Made by a program: the position numbers and the translations under genes. A DNA stretch of 64,000 bases, taken from assembly GCA_964477845.1 (NCBI GenBank), contig CAYZES010000004.1, positions 68,693 through 132,692 of the forward strand, given 5' to 3'. Every line of letters begins with the position of its first letter. Position 1 is the stretch's first letter. Below, one piece after another: positions 28,828 to 39,000 of this stretch. Source of the stretch: an uncultured Dehalococcoidia bacterium. GTDB lineage: Bacteria > Chloroflexota > Dehalococcoidia > Lucifugimonadales > UBA2962. The notes under the pieces are model-generated. The model had not been told where the DNA came from, ran no database searches, and saw only the letters and a list, made by a program, of their open reading frames with translations.

Positions 28828-29461
28828 CGTGACTCTCCCCCTGGCTTTGCCTGGCTAGTCAATCAAGCTCGCTTAAGGACCGATCTCTCCGGCAGCCCGC
28901 CCGAATCGCACCACCTGCGGGCAGTGCGATTGGATCGTTGATGAGAGCCCGCCCGCTCAGGGCTCACGCCGAGGTGAGGACCCTATCGCACTCGATACCT
29001 TACCCCTCTCAGGTGCCTGATTGAGGCTGACAGATCAGAGACCGCCCATTTCTTGTCACCGAAGAGCTTGGGCCGTCACGGACGCCGAGGCGGGTTCGGC
29101 AGGGGCTGACCGCCGTCGTGTTCTCCCCTTGCTAACCTCAGGGTGCAAACCCGAACAGGCCCGAACTACCTGCCTGGACCTCGGGGGCAGGATTCACCGA
29201 GCATCCAGCCACACCTCAAAGACTGTCGCGTCACGAATGCTCGTAGGTGGTCCGAAGCCGGAGGCAGCGGGACCGGTTACAGACTGGAAGGTCCAAAACG
29301 AACCTCAGGGTGAGAGGACTAGGTGGCTGCACAAGCTGCCGACCACAGTGGGTCTCAGTGGTTCTGTGTATCGTCCAGCCAGACCCACTTGAGGGGATTC
29401 GACCCGAAATTCTCGATCAGGCCGGCCGGTCCGGAAGCCGAGACTCAGTACCTGACACATT

Positions 29462-29491
29462 TTGACTAATCAGATATGAGTTAACTAGACT
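29462..29491 (+). promoter_or_regulatory. candidate promoter of vapBC-1 (near-leaderless)
   Basis: TTGACT (29462-29467), an 18-nt spacer, then TAGACT (29486-29491). The ATG lies at 29498. Pattern match only. Confidence 0.3.
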
Positions 29492-29497
29492 GTTTCT

Positions 29498-29743
29498 ATG
29501 TCTAAACGCCTGCAGGTTCTTTTGGATGAGGAAGAGTATAAGGAGATTCAGGGTGTTGCCCGCAGGCAGCGCGTGACCCTTGCGGAGTGGGTGCGGCAGG
29601 CCCTGCGTCAGGCGCGAAGCGACTACCCCGGAACTGTCGAGGCCAAGCTGCGTGCCATCGCAGACGCCTCCCGGCATGCTTTTCCGACAGCTGATATAGA
29701 AGACATGCTCGGGGAGATCGACGCCGGGCAGCGGCTCCCGTGA
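29498..29743 (+). CDS. ribbon-helix-helix antitoxin (VapB/CopG-like)
   Basis: 81 aa. MSKRLQVLLDEEEYKEIQGVARRQRVTLAEWVRQAL is a typical RHH pattern. The stop overlaps the start of the PIN gene (ATGA). Confidence 0.8.
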   Translation: MSKRLQVLLDEEEYKEIQGVARRQRVTLAEWVRQALRQARSDYPGTVEAKLRAIADASRHAFPTADIEDMLGEIDAGQRLP

Positions 29744-30135
29744 TCTTTATCGATTCCAATGTTCCCATGTACCTTGTGGGATCTGCACATCCGAACAAGG
29801 ACCGGGCCGTATCCCTGCTAACTCAGCTGGTACGCGACGGGGAGCGGTTCATCAGCGACGTCGAGGTATACCGGGAGATTCTCCACCGATACACGGCAAT
29901 TCAGCGGCCCGACGCCATCGATGCCGCCTTCGAGAGCCTGGACGGAATAGCCGACGACGTGCTTGCCATCGGCATGTCAGAGATACGCTCGGCGAGGGCG
30001 CTGCTCGGCTCCGTTGCAGGCCTGTCTGCACGGGATGCGCTGCACGTGGCGGTGATGCAGAGGGCGGGGGTGAGCCGCATATTGAGCTTCGACGACGGAT
30101 TCGACGCCTGCCCAGGAATCGAACGCCTGGATTAA
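29740..30135 (+). CDS. vapC: PIN-domain toxin (VapC-like)
   Basis: 131 aa with MIFIDSNVPMY (first acidic PIN residue), internal E/D residues, a C-terminal SFDDGFD motif, and 4-nt overlap with the antitoxin. Confidence 0.87.
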   Translation: MIFIDSNVPMYLVGSAHPNKDRAVSLLTQLVRDGERFISDVEVYREILHRYTAIQRPDAIDAAFESLDGIADDVLAIGMSEIRSARALLGSVAGLSARDALHVAVMQRAGVSRILSFDDGFDACPGIERLD

Positions 30136-31306
30136 CTCACCGCGTCTAGCTGGTCTCCGTTCCACCGTTCACGATCCAGGCCGAGTTACCACTGGCGGTC
30201 TTCGGCCGGTGCTTCCGGGGTGTCGGTTCTCCCCTCCACTTCGCGACTGATCGATTGACGAACCGGGACGTTCGGCCCGGCGGGGACCGTGCATAACCGT
30301 TCGCATCTCCTGTGGGAATAACGGCGACGACCTGCCGGTGCGGTCCCGCGCCAGGTAGGCGGCCTGATCATCATGGCTACTGTCCTGCCGACAACGCTGG
30401 CGGGCGTGACGGTCCCCCGTGGTGTGGGAAAGGGCCTAGCCTACCGAACCCTGGCATTCACTTCGCTAAATGAGGGTAGTGATCCCCTTCACCTCGGTTA
30501 TCTCAGGCCCCGGTTTAGTCGATCCCAGCAGAGAGATGGCACCTCCGTGGTTCGCCACGCCGGTGACACGCCAATCCTCCTGGTTCAGAGTATGAGACGA
30601 CCATGTGTCCCTTTTCTTCCTTCAGGCCGAACAGGGACTCTCGCTTCAGTTGATAACAATCGTCCCCAATCCAGGCATAGAAGGCACCGTCCATGCTCAA
30701 TGAATGCTCCTACAAGGGCTCAAATGGCGTAGATGTAAGCCTTTGCCCAGGATGCTACAGCGTCGCGCGTAGGCTGGCGGTCAAACCGGCAATTGGGATT
30801 CGTTCCCAAGGCTGCCGCGAGAGAGCACCGCATCCGCAGCGCCGTTCCTACGAGTGCCTTCAGGATTTGATGACATATTGCTGACACGAACTCTAAAATA
30901 CTCTCGTTCATTTCCTGTAAAGCCGTCTATTAAGGGATCCGCGAAACAGATTCGAACCGTGAACCTGCTGATTGCAAACCGGAGCTCTCACTGTAGTCCG
31001 GCGTACTCCGGTGCTCATCTGACCCGGCTTCTGGGCCCTAGGCATTCATATCGACGGGTCCGACCTTGCCTGCGGATCGACATCCCTCCACCTTTCGACG
31101 ACCCAAGCGACCAGCTGCGACCAACTTCCCGGGGCCGGTCCCAGGCTGGACAGCGGTGTCCTGCACGACCCCACTACGCCGAGTGCCCTAAAGGGGCCTT
31201 GACGGTAAACACTTAAACTGAAGCAAGGACTCGGTGAAGGCGACAATCGATACCGAGTCGCTATAACTGCAAGGACTACTCTCGACTGACCCCGAACTAC
31301 CCGGCT

Positions 31307-34300
31307 TTGACGCCACCATCCCGATGGGGATGGCGCCCTGGACTTACGGCTGCCAGAAGCGGCACATCCCCGGTCATGGCGCTGGCCGCCACATTGACCG
31401 GCATGCTTCTTGCGATTGCCATACCGGGGACTCCAGCAGGCCACCCGGCACTCGCTCAGACGGCCGACTCCTCCATCGTCTTTGCCGAGAACAGCCAGGA
31501 GGCGGTCGGCACCTTCAGGGCAAGCGACCAGGACGGTGATTCCATCGCATGGTCGCTTGGCGGTCCCGATGCCGAGCTGTTTTCGATCGAAGATGGCATC
31601 CTGAGGTTCAGGGATCCTCCCGACTACGAGGACCCACAGTCTGCGGCGGGTACGAACGCCTACAGGTTGACCATCAGGGCCAGCGGCGGCGCACACGACG
31701 TGATCGTGACGGTTACGGACGTGGACGAGGCGGGAGAGGTGAGCATCAGCAGGCTGCAGCCGCAGGTCAGTCGGCCGCTCTCTGCAAAATTGTCGGACGC
31801 CGACGAAGGGGTAGCTGGCGAGAGCTGGCAGTGGGCTAGGTCCGAGGACGGGACCTACTGGGAGGACATAGTGGGAGCGACTTCCCCGAACAGGAGCCCG
31901 GCACCGGCTGATGACGGAATGTACCTTCGTGCGACGGTCACCTACTCGGACAGGTTCGGTCCGGGCAAGAGCGCCTCTGCGGTGAGCGCCAACCGTGTGG
32001 AGGCAGAGACCCTGTCCAATGCCGCCCCCTCCCTCGCCCGCCAGGACAGGGATGACGACGGGCTCGTCCTTCGGTCGATCCGCGAGAACACGGCCGTGGG
32101 TGTGAGCGTGGGCAGGGCCATATCTGCGACGGACACAGATGGCGACATACTGTTCTACGAACTGCTGGACACTCCTGACCTTGAGGATGAGCATGGTCAG
32201 CCGCGTTTCACCATTGACAGCCGCTCCGGTCAGATAAGGGTGGGCAAGGAGCTGGGCGCAGACGACGGGCAACGGGAGGACGAGGACGCCACGTCCCTGC
32301 CCGGCCCCCCCGAACTGCCCGCAGACGAGGACGCCGACGACCCCGAAAACAGCGAGTACGTGCTGCGGCTGAGGGTGAGCGACCCGTCGACCGCCTCGGC
32401 CACGGTGAACGTGATCGTCAAGGTCACCGATGTAAACGAAGCTCCCGTGTTCGATGAAGACGCACCGACGGAGCTGTGGGTGGGGGAGGGCCCGGGCGAA
32501 AGAATCTTCGCCATCGTGGACGGCAACGAGGCAGACTTCGTAGATGCCGATACCTACGCCGTGACCGACGAGGACGGCGCCGACACCGCCCGCGCGTTCT
32601 CCGTGTCCGGTGACGACAGCGATGTCTTTGAATTCAACAGCGACGGCATCCTGGGCTTCAGGGATGGTCACGAGGCCGACCTTGAAGTGAAAAGCTCGTA
32701 CTCCATAGCCGTCGTGGCCCGCTCCGGCACAGGCTCGCGCAGGCGGACCGCCACCCTGGATGTGACCATCAACGTGGGCAATTCGATGGATCGCGGAGAG
32801 GTGACTCTGTCCCAGAGGGGGCCGCAGGTGGGCACCGAGATTCATGCGTCGGTCAGAGATTCCGACGGTGTCCCGACCGTCCGGAGTTGGACGTGGGAGC
32901 GATCCGATCCGATCACGAAGGATGCGAACGGCACGCCGTCGGCCGAGTGCCGGGACGACCCCGACACGCCCGTCGCCGTAGTAGGCGGCTGGACCCGGAT
33001 AGAAGGAGCTTCGTCGCCGATCTATACGCCGAAGGCATCCGATGTAGGCCGGTGTCTGCGGGCTGTAGCGGTCTACAGGGACGATCTGCACAGAGCCATC
33101 GTTGCCCTTTCTCCCCTTGTCTCGACGGTGGACATCGAGGACTGCCTCGTGGATAACCAGCGCACCGGTGAACTGACATGCGAGACCGGTGTCGTGCGCT
33201 CGGAGCAGCGGATCGTAACATGCACTGAAGACCCGGTGAGCCTCGAGCGGATATGCACGGAGACGACCAGGACTGTGGAGGGCACGGTAGGTGTGCACAT
33301 ATGGATGGCACGGGAGGCAGGAGCGTCGGAGGCTCCCGTGCAGGCCAGGAGTCCCACCAACGCGGCCCCTGAGTTCGTCGACCAAGATCTAAGTGCCGCT
33401 GGAGACCAGTCGGCAAGGACCAGCCGCAAGGTGGCCGAGAACACCCCGGCCGGTCAGAGCATCGGATCACCGGTCAGTGCCGTTGACGAGGACGGCGACC
33501 TGCCCATCTATTCCCTGGGAGGCCCGGACGCTGAATTCGTCGGCATCTCCAGGACTACCGGCCAGCTGACGACTAAGGCACCCCTTAACTACGAGGCCAG
33601 GAAAAGCTACGCGGTGATCGTGATCGCCACCGATCCCTCTGGCGCCTCTGACAGCATACACGTGACCATCAACGTCACCGATGTGCACGACCCGGTGACC
33701 ATAACCGGAGACCGCTCGGTGCGCTACGCGGAGAACGACACGGGACCGGTCGCCGGCTACAGCGCATTCGACGAGGAGGGACACGCCATCGAGTGGTCCC
33801 TGAGCGGTCCCGACAGCGACCTACTTGCCATCGACGGCGGCGTGCTTAGCTTCAGGAGTCCCCCGAACTACGAGACCCCTGAGTCTGCGTCCACCAGCTC
33901 GCAGCTTGCGGCGAGGAACGTCTACAGGGTGACGATCAGGGCGGCGGGCGGCACCCGCGGTGTGACCGTGACCGTTACGGACGTGGATGAGGCCGGAACG
34001 GTGAGCATAGACAGACCGCAGCCGCAGGTCGACAGGCCGCTCTCGGCCCGGCTGCTGGACGAGGACGGGGAGGTGACGGATGAAAGGTGGCAGTGGTCGA
34101 GATCACGTGACGGCCGGACCTGGACTGACATAGAAGGGGCGATATCGGCGGGGCGCACCCCGGCGTCGGGGGATGTGGGCATGTATCTGCGCGCGACCGT
34201 CAGCTATTCCGACAGCTTCGGCGCCGATAAGACCGCCTCAGCGGTGAGTTTGAATCGGGTGGAGGCCAAGACGGTCACCAATGACACTCCTTCCTTCGCC

Positions 34301-35845
34301 GGCCAGGATGAAGACGAAGACACCACGTATATCGACGTTTCCCGGTACGTCGCCGAGAACACGGCCGTGGGCATGCCGATAGGCGAGCCGCTATCGGCTT
34401 CGGACGAGGACGAGGACGTGCTGTTCTACGAACTGCTGGACACTCCCGACCTTGAGGACGGCGACAAGCGCGCGCGCTTCACGATCGACAGACTCTCCGG
34501 TCAGCTCAGGGTCGGCAGGATGCTGGGTGCGGATCCCGGCGAGACCGAGGACGAGGTCTCGACAAATGCAGAGTTGGACGGCGATCCTCAACTGCCCGAC
34601 GGGGAAGATGCAGGCGAGGCCGACAACAGCAAGTACGTCCTGCGGGTGAGGGTGACCGACCCGTCGACCGCCTCGGCCACGGTCAACGTAATCGTAACGG
34701 TCTCCGAGGTGAACGAGCCATCCCACTTCGATGTGAATGCACCTGCGCTGCTGAGCGTCACAGAGGTCACCGAAAGCGACGGCTCGCCGGTCATCAGGAT
34801 CGAGCACGGTAACACCCCGATCGATGCCGGCACCTACGCCGTAACCGACCAGGACGGCATCGTCAGCGGCGAGGACGGATATGACGACACCATCTACACG
34901 TACTCGGTGTCCGGTCCCGACAGCGATGACCTCGCATTTGACGAAGCAGGCGTCCTGAGCTTCCGGGCGGGTCACGAACCTGACTTTGAAGATCGGAGCT
35001 CGTACTCGATAACCGTCGAGGCCCACTCAGGCGAGGGCGACCGCCGCCTGACCTCCACACTGGACGTGACCATCGAGGTGGTGGATGGGGAGGACCCCGG
35101 AGGGGTCGTCCTGTCCCAGAGGCAGCCCCAGGTGGGCATCGCGATACATGCGGTGGCCGGCGACGAGGACGGTGGCGTGATCATCAAGAGGTGGCGGTGG
35201 GAGCGGTCCGCCCAGGTCACCGTGAACGACAGGGGCATTCCGTCGTACGAGTGCGAGGACGACCCGGCTACACCGGGAATCGACGGCGTTGGCGGCTGGA
35301 CCGCGATATCCGGGGCCTCGGCGGCTGTCTACACCCCGACGCAGGCCGACGTGGGCATGTGCCTGAGGGCCACGGCGATCTACACGGACAACGTAGGCAA
35401 CCGAAACGATGAGGCGACGGGCACCCTGGAGGTTCCCGCACGAGATGGCCACGCCGAGACCGGTCAGCAGCACAACGGCGGCTTTGCCAATTTCGCGCCC
35501 GTGTTCCCGGACCAGGACCACCACACCGAAGGGGACCAGTCGGACACCACCATCCGGACGGTGGCCGAGAACACTGAGGCCGGGCGGAGCATCCGAGAAG
35601 CAGTCAGCGCCCGTGACGATGACGACGACCTGCTGATCTACACCCTGGGTGGTGAGGACGCCGAGTCCTTCAGCATATCGAGGAACACCGGCCAGCTCAT
35701 GACGAAGGCCGACCTGAACTATGAAGCCAGGAGTAGCTACACGGTGGTGGTGACAGTCACCGACCCGTTCGGGGCCACCGATAGCATTACGGTAACCATC
35801 AACGTCACGGACGAGGACGACCCGGCGGTGATACGTCTCAAGTGA
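31307..35845 (+). CDS. secreted giant cadherin-repeat protein (1512 aa)
   Basis: Signal peptide (..MALAATLTGMLLAIAIPGTPAGHPALA-QT; alternative ATG start 31376). Repeated cadherin hallmarks are present: VTDVNEAPVF, VTDVDEAG, ISATDTDGD, FTIDSRSGQIRV, LNYEARKSYAVIVIATD. These alternate with a W-x-W-x-RS..W..I.GA....Y.P...D.G..LRA.V.Y.D beta-sandwich-like module. I see no recognisable anchor. Confidence 0.85.
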   Translation: MTPPSRWGWRPGLTAARSGTSPVMALAATLTGMLLAIAIPGTPAGHPALAQTADSSIVFAENSQEAVGTFRASDQDGDSIAWSLGGPDAELFSIEDGILRFRDPPDYEDPQSAAGTNAYRLTIRASGGAHDVIVTVTDVDEAGEVSISRLQPQVSRPLSAKLSDADEGVAGESWQWARSEDGTYWEDIVGATSPNRSPAPADDGMYLRATVTYSDRFGPGKSASAVSANRVEAETLSNAAPSLARQDRDDDGLVLRSIRENTAVGVSVGRAISATDTDGDILFYELLDTPDLEDEHGQPRFTIDSRSGQIRVGKELGADDGQREDEDATSLPGPPELPADEDADDPENSEYVLRLRVSDPSTASATVNVIVKVTDVNEAPVFDEDAPTELWVGEGPGERIFAIVDGNEADFVDADTYAVTDEDGADTARAFSVSGDDSDVFEFNSDGILGFRDGHEADLEVKSSYSIAVVARSGTGSRRRTATLDVTINVGNSMDRGEVTLSQRGPQVGTEIHASVRDSDGVPTVRSWTWERSDPITKDANGTPSAECRDDPDTPVAVVGGWTRIEGASSPIYTPKASDVGRCLRAVAVYRDDLHRAIVALSPLVSTVDIEDCLVDNQRTGELTCETGVVRSEQRIVTCTEDPVSLERICTETTRTVEGTVGVHIWMAREAGASEAPVQARSPTNAAPEFVDQDLSAAGDQSARTSRKVAENTPAGQSIGSPVSAVDEDGDLPIYSLGGPDAEFVGISRTTGQLTTKAPLNYEARKSYAVIVIATDPSGASDSIHVTINVTDVHDPVTITGDRSVRYAENDTGPVAGYSAFDEEGHAIEWSLSGPDSDLLAIDGGVLSFRSPPNYETPESASTSSQLAARNVYRVTIRAAGGTRGVTVTVTDVDEAGTVSIDRPQPQVDRPLSARLLDEDGEVTDERWQWSRSRDGRTWTDIEGAISAGRTPASGDVGMYLRATVSYSDSFGADKTASAVSLNRVEAKTVTNDTPSFAGQDEDEDTTYIDVSRYVAENTAVGMPIGEPLSASDEDEDVLFYELLDTPDLEDGDKRARFTIDRLSGQLRVGRMLGADPGETEDEVSTNAELDGDPQLPDGEDAGEADNSKYVLRVRVTDPSTASATVNVIVTVSEVNEPSHFDVNAPALLSVTEVTESDGSPVIRIEHGNTPIDAGTYAVTDQDGIVSGEDGYDDTIYTYSVSGPDSDDLAFDEAGVLSFRAGHEPDFEDRSSYSITVEAHSGEGDRRLTSTLDVTIEVVDGEDPGGVVLSQRQPQVGIAIHAVAGDEDGGVIIKRWRWERSAQVTVNDRGIPSYECEDDPATPGIDGVGGWTAISGASAAVYTPTQADVGMCLRATAIYTDNVGNRNDEATGTLEVPARDGHAETGQQHNGGFANFAPVFPDQDHHTEGDQSDTTIRTVAENTEAGRSIREAVSARDDDDDLLIYTLGGEDAESFSISRNTGQLMTKADLNYEARSSYTVVVTVTDPFGATDSITVTINVTDEDDPAVIRLK
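31473..35845 (+). repeat. intragenic tandem super-repeat (2 copies, ~2.24-2.28 kb each)
   Basis: Copy 1 starts near 31473 (SIVFAENSQEAVG..) and copy 2 near 33711 (RSVRYAENDTGPVAG..). Domain order is collinear. One 26-nt block is identical in both copies (gacccgtcgaccgcctcggccacggt at 32381 and 34658). Confidence 0.8.
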
Positions 35846-36096
35846 GAAACACATGCGCTGGACCGCCCTGAACTCTGGGCCGCTTAGGCGGGTACAGTCA
35901 CCAAGTTGATCTGCCCGGGCAGCCATCCCCGGGAGCCTTGCTGCGGAGTCATCCGCCTAGCGCGCGACTAGTCTGCAGTAGGCTCCCGCGGCCTCCTTTG
36001 CACCGGCGGGATCCGGATGGAACCTTTCCCCGGCGTGCAGCGTCTACATTCCACAGGGGATACTATGGCCCTCAACGCGCCCGGAAGGGACCTAAT

Positions 36097-39000
36097 ATGA
36101 GAACGCTCTCAACTTTGTTGGCCGTGGCGATCGCCCTGCTTGCGGTGGCCGCGCCACAGGCCATTCAGCACCAGCCGGTGCATGCCGATACCGGCCTGGG
36201 CCAGCGCTACGACACCAACGATAGCGGCTTCATCGATCGCTATGAGGTGCTGGCAGCCATATTCGACTACCTGGGCGGCGAGCTCTCCAAGGACGACGTC
36301 CTCAGGCTGGTTGGCCTCTATTTTTCGGACGCGCCGATCTCGCGCGCGGACGAGACACGGACGGACCTGGAGCCCGGCGATCCCGACAGCTACGTAGCCG
36401 TCGTTCCCGGAGCACTTCGGGCGGGCTTTGAAGAGCGTGTATCGATATCGCTTCTCAGGGGCGATAGGCCGGCGGCCGGCAACGTTCGTCTGACCCTTCG
36501 GGACGGCGAAGTCACCCTGCGCTCCCTGGTAGCAAGAGTGGAGGGGACGGGAGGCCTGAAGATTCTCGTCCCGCAGGTGGAAAGCGGGACATACGAGATC
36601 GAATTGAGGGTCGAGGGCGTTCGGGAGACTCGCACGGCGCCCGTGGAAATCGTCGATGGAGTGGCCCTGTTCGTCGAGACCGACAAGCCGATCTACAAAC
36701 CCGGCCAGACCGTCCACGTTCGGCTCATGACCCTGGACGCGCTGCTCAAACCCAGGCCGTATGCCGCGACGGTCGAGGTTCAGGACGCCAAGGGCCTAAA
36801 GGTCTTCAGGAAGGAGGTTAAGACCGACGAGTTCGGCATGGTCACGGTGGACCTGCCGCTCTCGACGGAGCCGAACCTCGGTGTCTGGAAGCTCACTGCC
36901 ATTGCCGCAGACCAGGAGACCGAGCTTGACGTGCGCGTCGAGGAATACGTCCTGCCGAAATATGAGGTCAAGGTGGCAACCGAGAGAGAGTGGGTGCTGG
37001 CCGGCGATCCGATTACGGGCTCGGTCTCCGGGGAGTACTCGTTCGGTAAGCCGGTCGAGGGCGAGGTGGAGATCATAGCCTCGCGGTACATCGGCCAGTG
37101 GGAAGAGTTCGCCCGGTTCAGCGGGACCATCGAAGGCGAGACTCAGTTCGAGCTGCCGCCGGTGGGGTTCGTCGCGGGCGTTCCCCAGGCTGGCGGACAG
37201 GGGAACTTGACGCTCGATGTGACCATCCGCGAGAAGGGCACCGGATACGAGGAGAGGACGAGCAAGCTGCTGACGGTCGTGGCCTCTCCGTTAACGCTGA
37301 AGGTGATCCCGGAGAGCCGTGTGTTTAAGCCGGGCCTTGAGATGGGCTACCTGATCGTCGCCCAGACCCCCGACGGGACACCTGTCGACACCGATGTGAC
37401 GCTGAACATCGACTACGTTGATGAGTACTTCGGGACTGTAGATACGGAAGAACACAAGGTAACGGCCTCCGGAGGCAAGGCCCTGGTCAGGACCGCTCCT
37501 CCGGAAGGCGCCGTCGCATTGACACTGTGGGCCGAGGCTGATGGCTCGTACACATCGCTTTCGCTGCAGTCAGGTCATTCGCCGTCGGGCAGCTTCATCC
37601 ACGTAGAGCAGCTGACCGGCGGCGACATAAGGGCAGGCGATATCGTCCGGTTCCGGGTCAACTCGACCAAGGAAGCGAACAACTTCTACTACGAGGTGCT
37701 CTCCAGGGGTACGACGCTCTTTACGGGCGTTTCGTCGGGCCCGGAGATCGAGTTTACGGCCACCCACCTGATGGCCCCGTCATCGCGCCTCCTCGTCTAC
37801 CAGATCCTGCCGAACAACGAGATCGCCGCCGACTACTTGCCGTTCGGCGTCAGGGCTGCATATCCGCACCAGGTGCAGGTGGGGTTCGAGCGGGATGAGG
37901 TCCGTCCCGGAGACCCGGTTGATATCGATGTTCAGACGCAGGGAGTGTCTCGGGTCGGGCTTGTGGCCGTCGACAGGTCGGTGTTCATCCTTGCCGAGAA
38001 CCGGCTGAACCTTCAGCAGGTATTCAGTGAGCTGGAAAGGCTGTATCTCGAGCCCCAGGTGGAGCTTCACGACGCACGTTACCTCGAGACCATCGAGACC
38101 CGCGGCGCGCAGGAGACGTTCGAGGCAGCCGGGACGGTCGTACTTACCAACAAGGACGTGCCGTCGGGCGAAACGTTCGACCTAATGATGGATGACGACA
38201 TGGTCATGCTGGAGGCGGAGTTTGAGGTAATGGAGGAAGCGTCGAGGGAGGTAGTGATTCCAGATTCGGCCGAGCAGGATAGCCGGACCGAGTCGCTCGC
38301 GGACGTTCAGCGGGTGCGCCAGTATTTCCCGGAGACCTGGATCTGGCAGGACATCCAGACCGGCGAGGACGGGAGCGCGGTCGTGGCCGTCGAAGCCCCC
38401 GACAGTATAACGACGTGGATGCTGCGCGCGGTGGGCATCTCCAAACAGCACGGACTGGGCGTGGGCGAGGACTCGCTGCGGGTGTTCCAGCCCTTCTTCC
38501 TGACCGTGGACCTGCCCTTCTCGGCGATACGGGGCGAGGAGTTCCCGGTTAAGGTCGCTTTGTTTAACTACCTGGATACCCCCCAGCAGATCCTCGTCGA
38601 GATCGAGGAGGCCGACTGGTTCGATCTTTTGGATGAGCCGTCGAAGTCGGTCGCGATAGACGCCAGCGACATCGGCGGCGCAGAGTTCACTATCCGCCCG
38701 ACGAAACTGGGCACCGGCCCAATCAAGATCGTCGCCCGCAGCGCCGAGGCCGCCGACGCCGTGATCAAGAACCTCCTGGTTGAACCCGAGGGCGTCGAGG
38801 TCGAGGGCGTCGAAAACCACGTTGTCTCCGGCGGAGATGAGCGCGAGGTTGCCTTGGGCGTGCCGCCGGGCGCAATTGACGGGTCCGCCCGGGCCTACGT
38901 CGCGCTGACCGGGAGCCTCCTCACGCAGAGCATCGAGGGTCTCGACCGCCTGCTGAGGATGCCATTCGGATGCGGCGAGCAGAACATGATCCTGTTCGCC

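Noticed and set aside
29380-29440. GGGGATTCGACCCG (tmRNA or tRNA T-arm-like), GGTCCGGAAG (SRP RNA domain IV-like) and GGAAGGTCC near 29290 (RNase P P4-like).
   Set aside because: Each is an isolated short resemblance. The partner strands and other universally conserved motifs are absent on either strand, such as AGCA/GGAA loops for SRP and ACAGAACCCGGCUUA or GGUAAGGGUGAAA for RNase P.
30934-30980. Minus-strand GGTTCGAATC T-loop-like sequence with a weak flanking stem, initially read as a tRNA-Cys(GCA) or an att-site tRNA fragment.
   Set aside because: No acceptor, D or anticodon stems can be paired. The flanks do not match the tRNA-Asn 3' end, so it is not a direct repeat. A 10-mer match is close to chance expectation.
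31046-33385. Very long antisense ORFs: 779 aa here, plus 8771..10348, 16262..17716, 18180..19643, 38182..39315 and many 100-300-aa ORFs opposite known genes.
   Set aside because: They lie opposite genes with unmistakable family motifs. They are Arg/Pro/Gly/His-rich with no motifs, as expected for stop-poor antisense frames in high-GC DNA.
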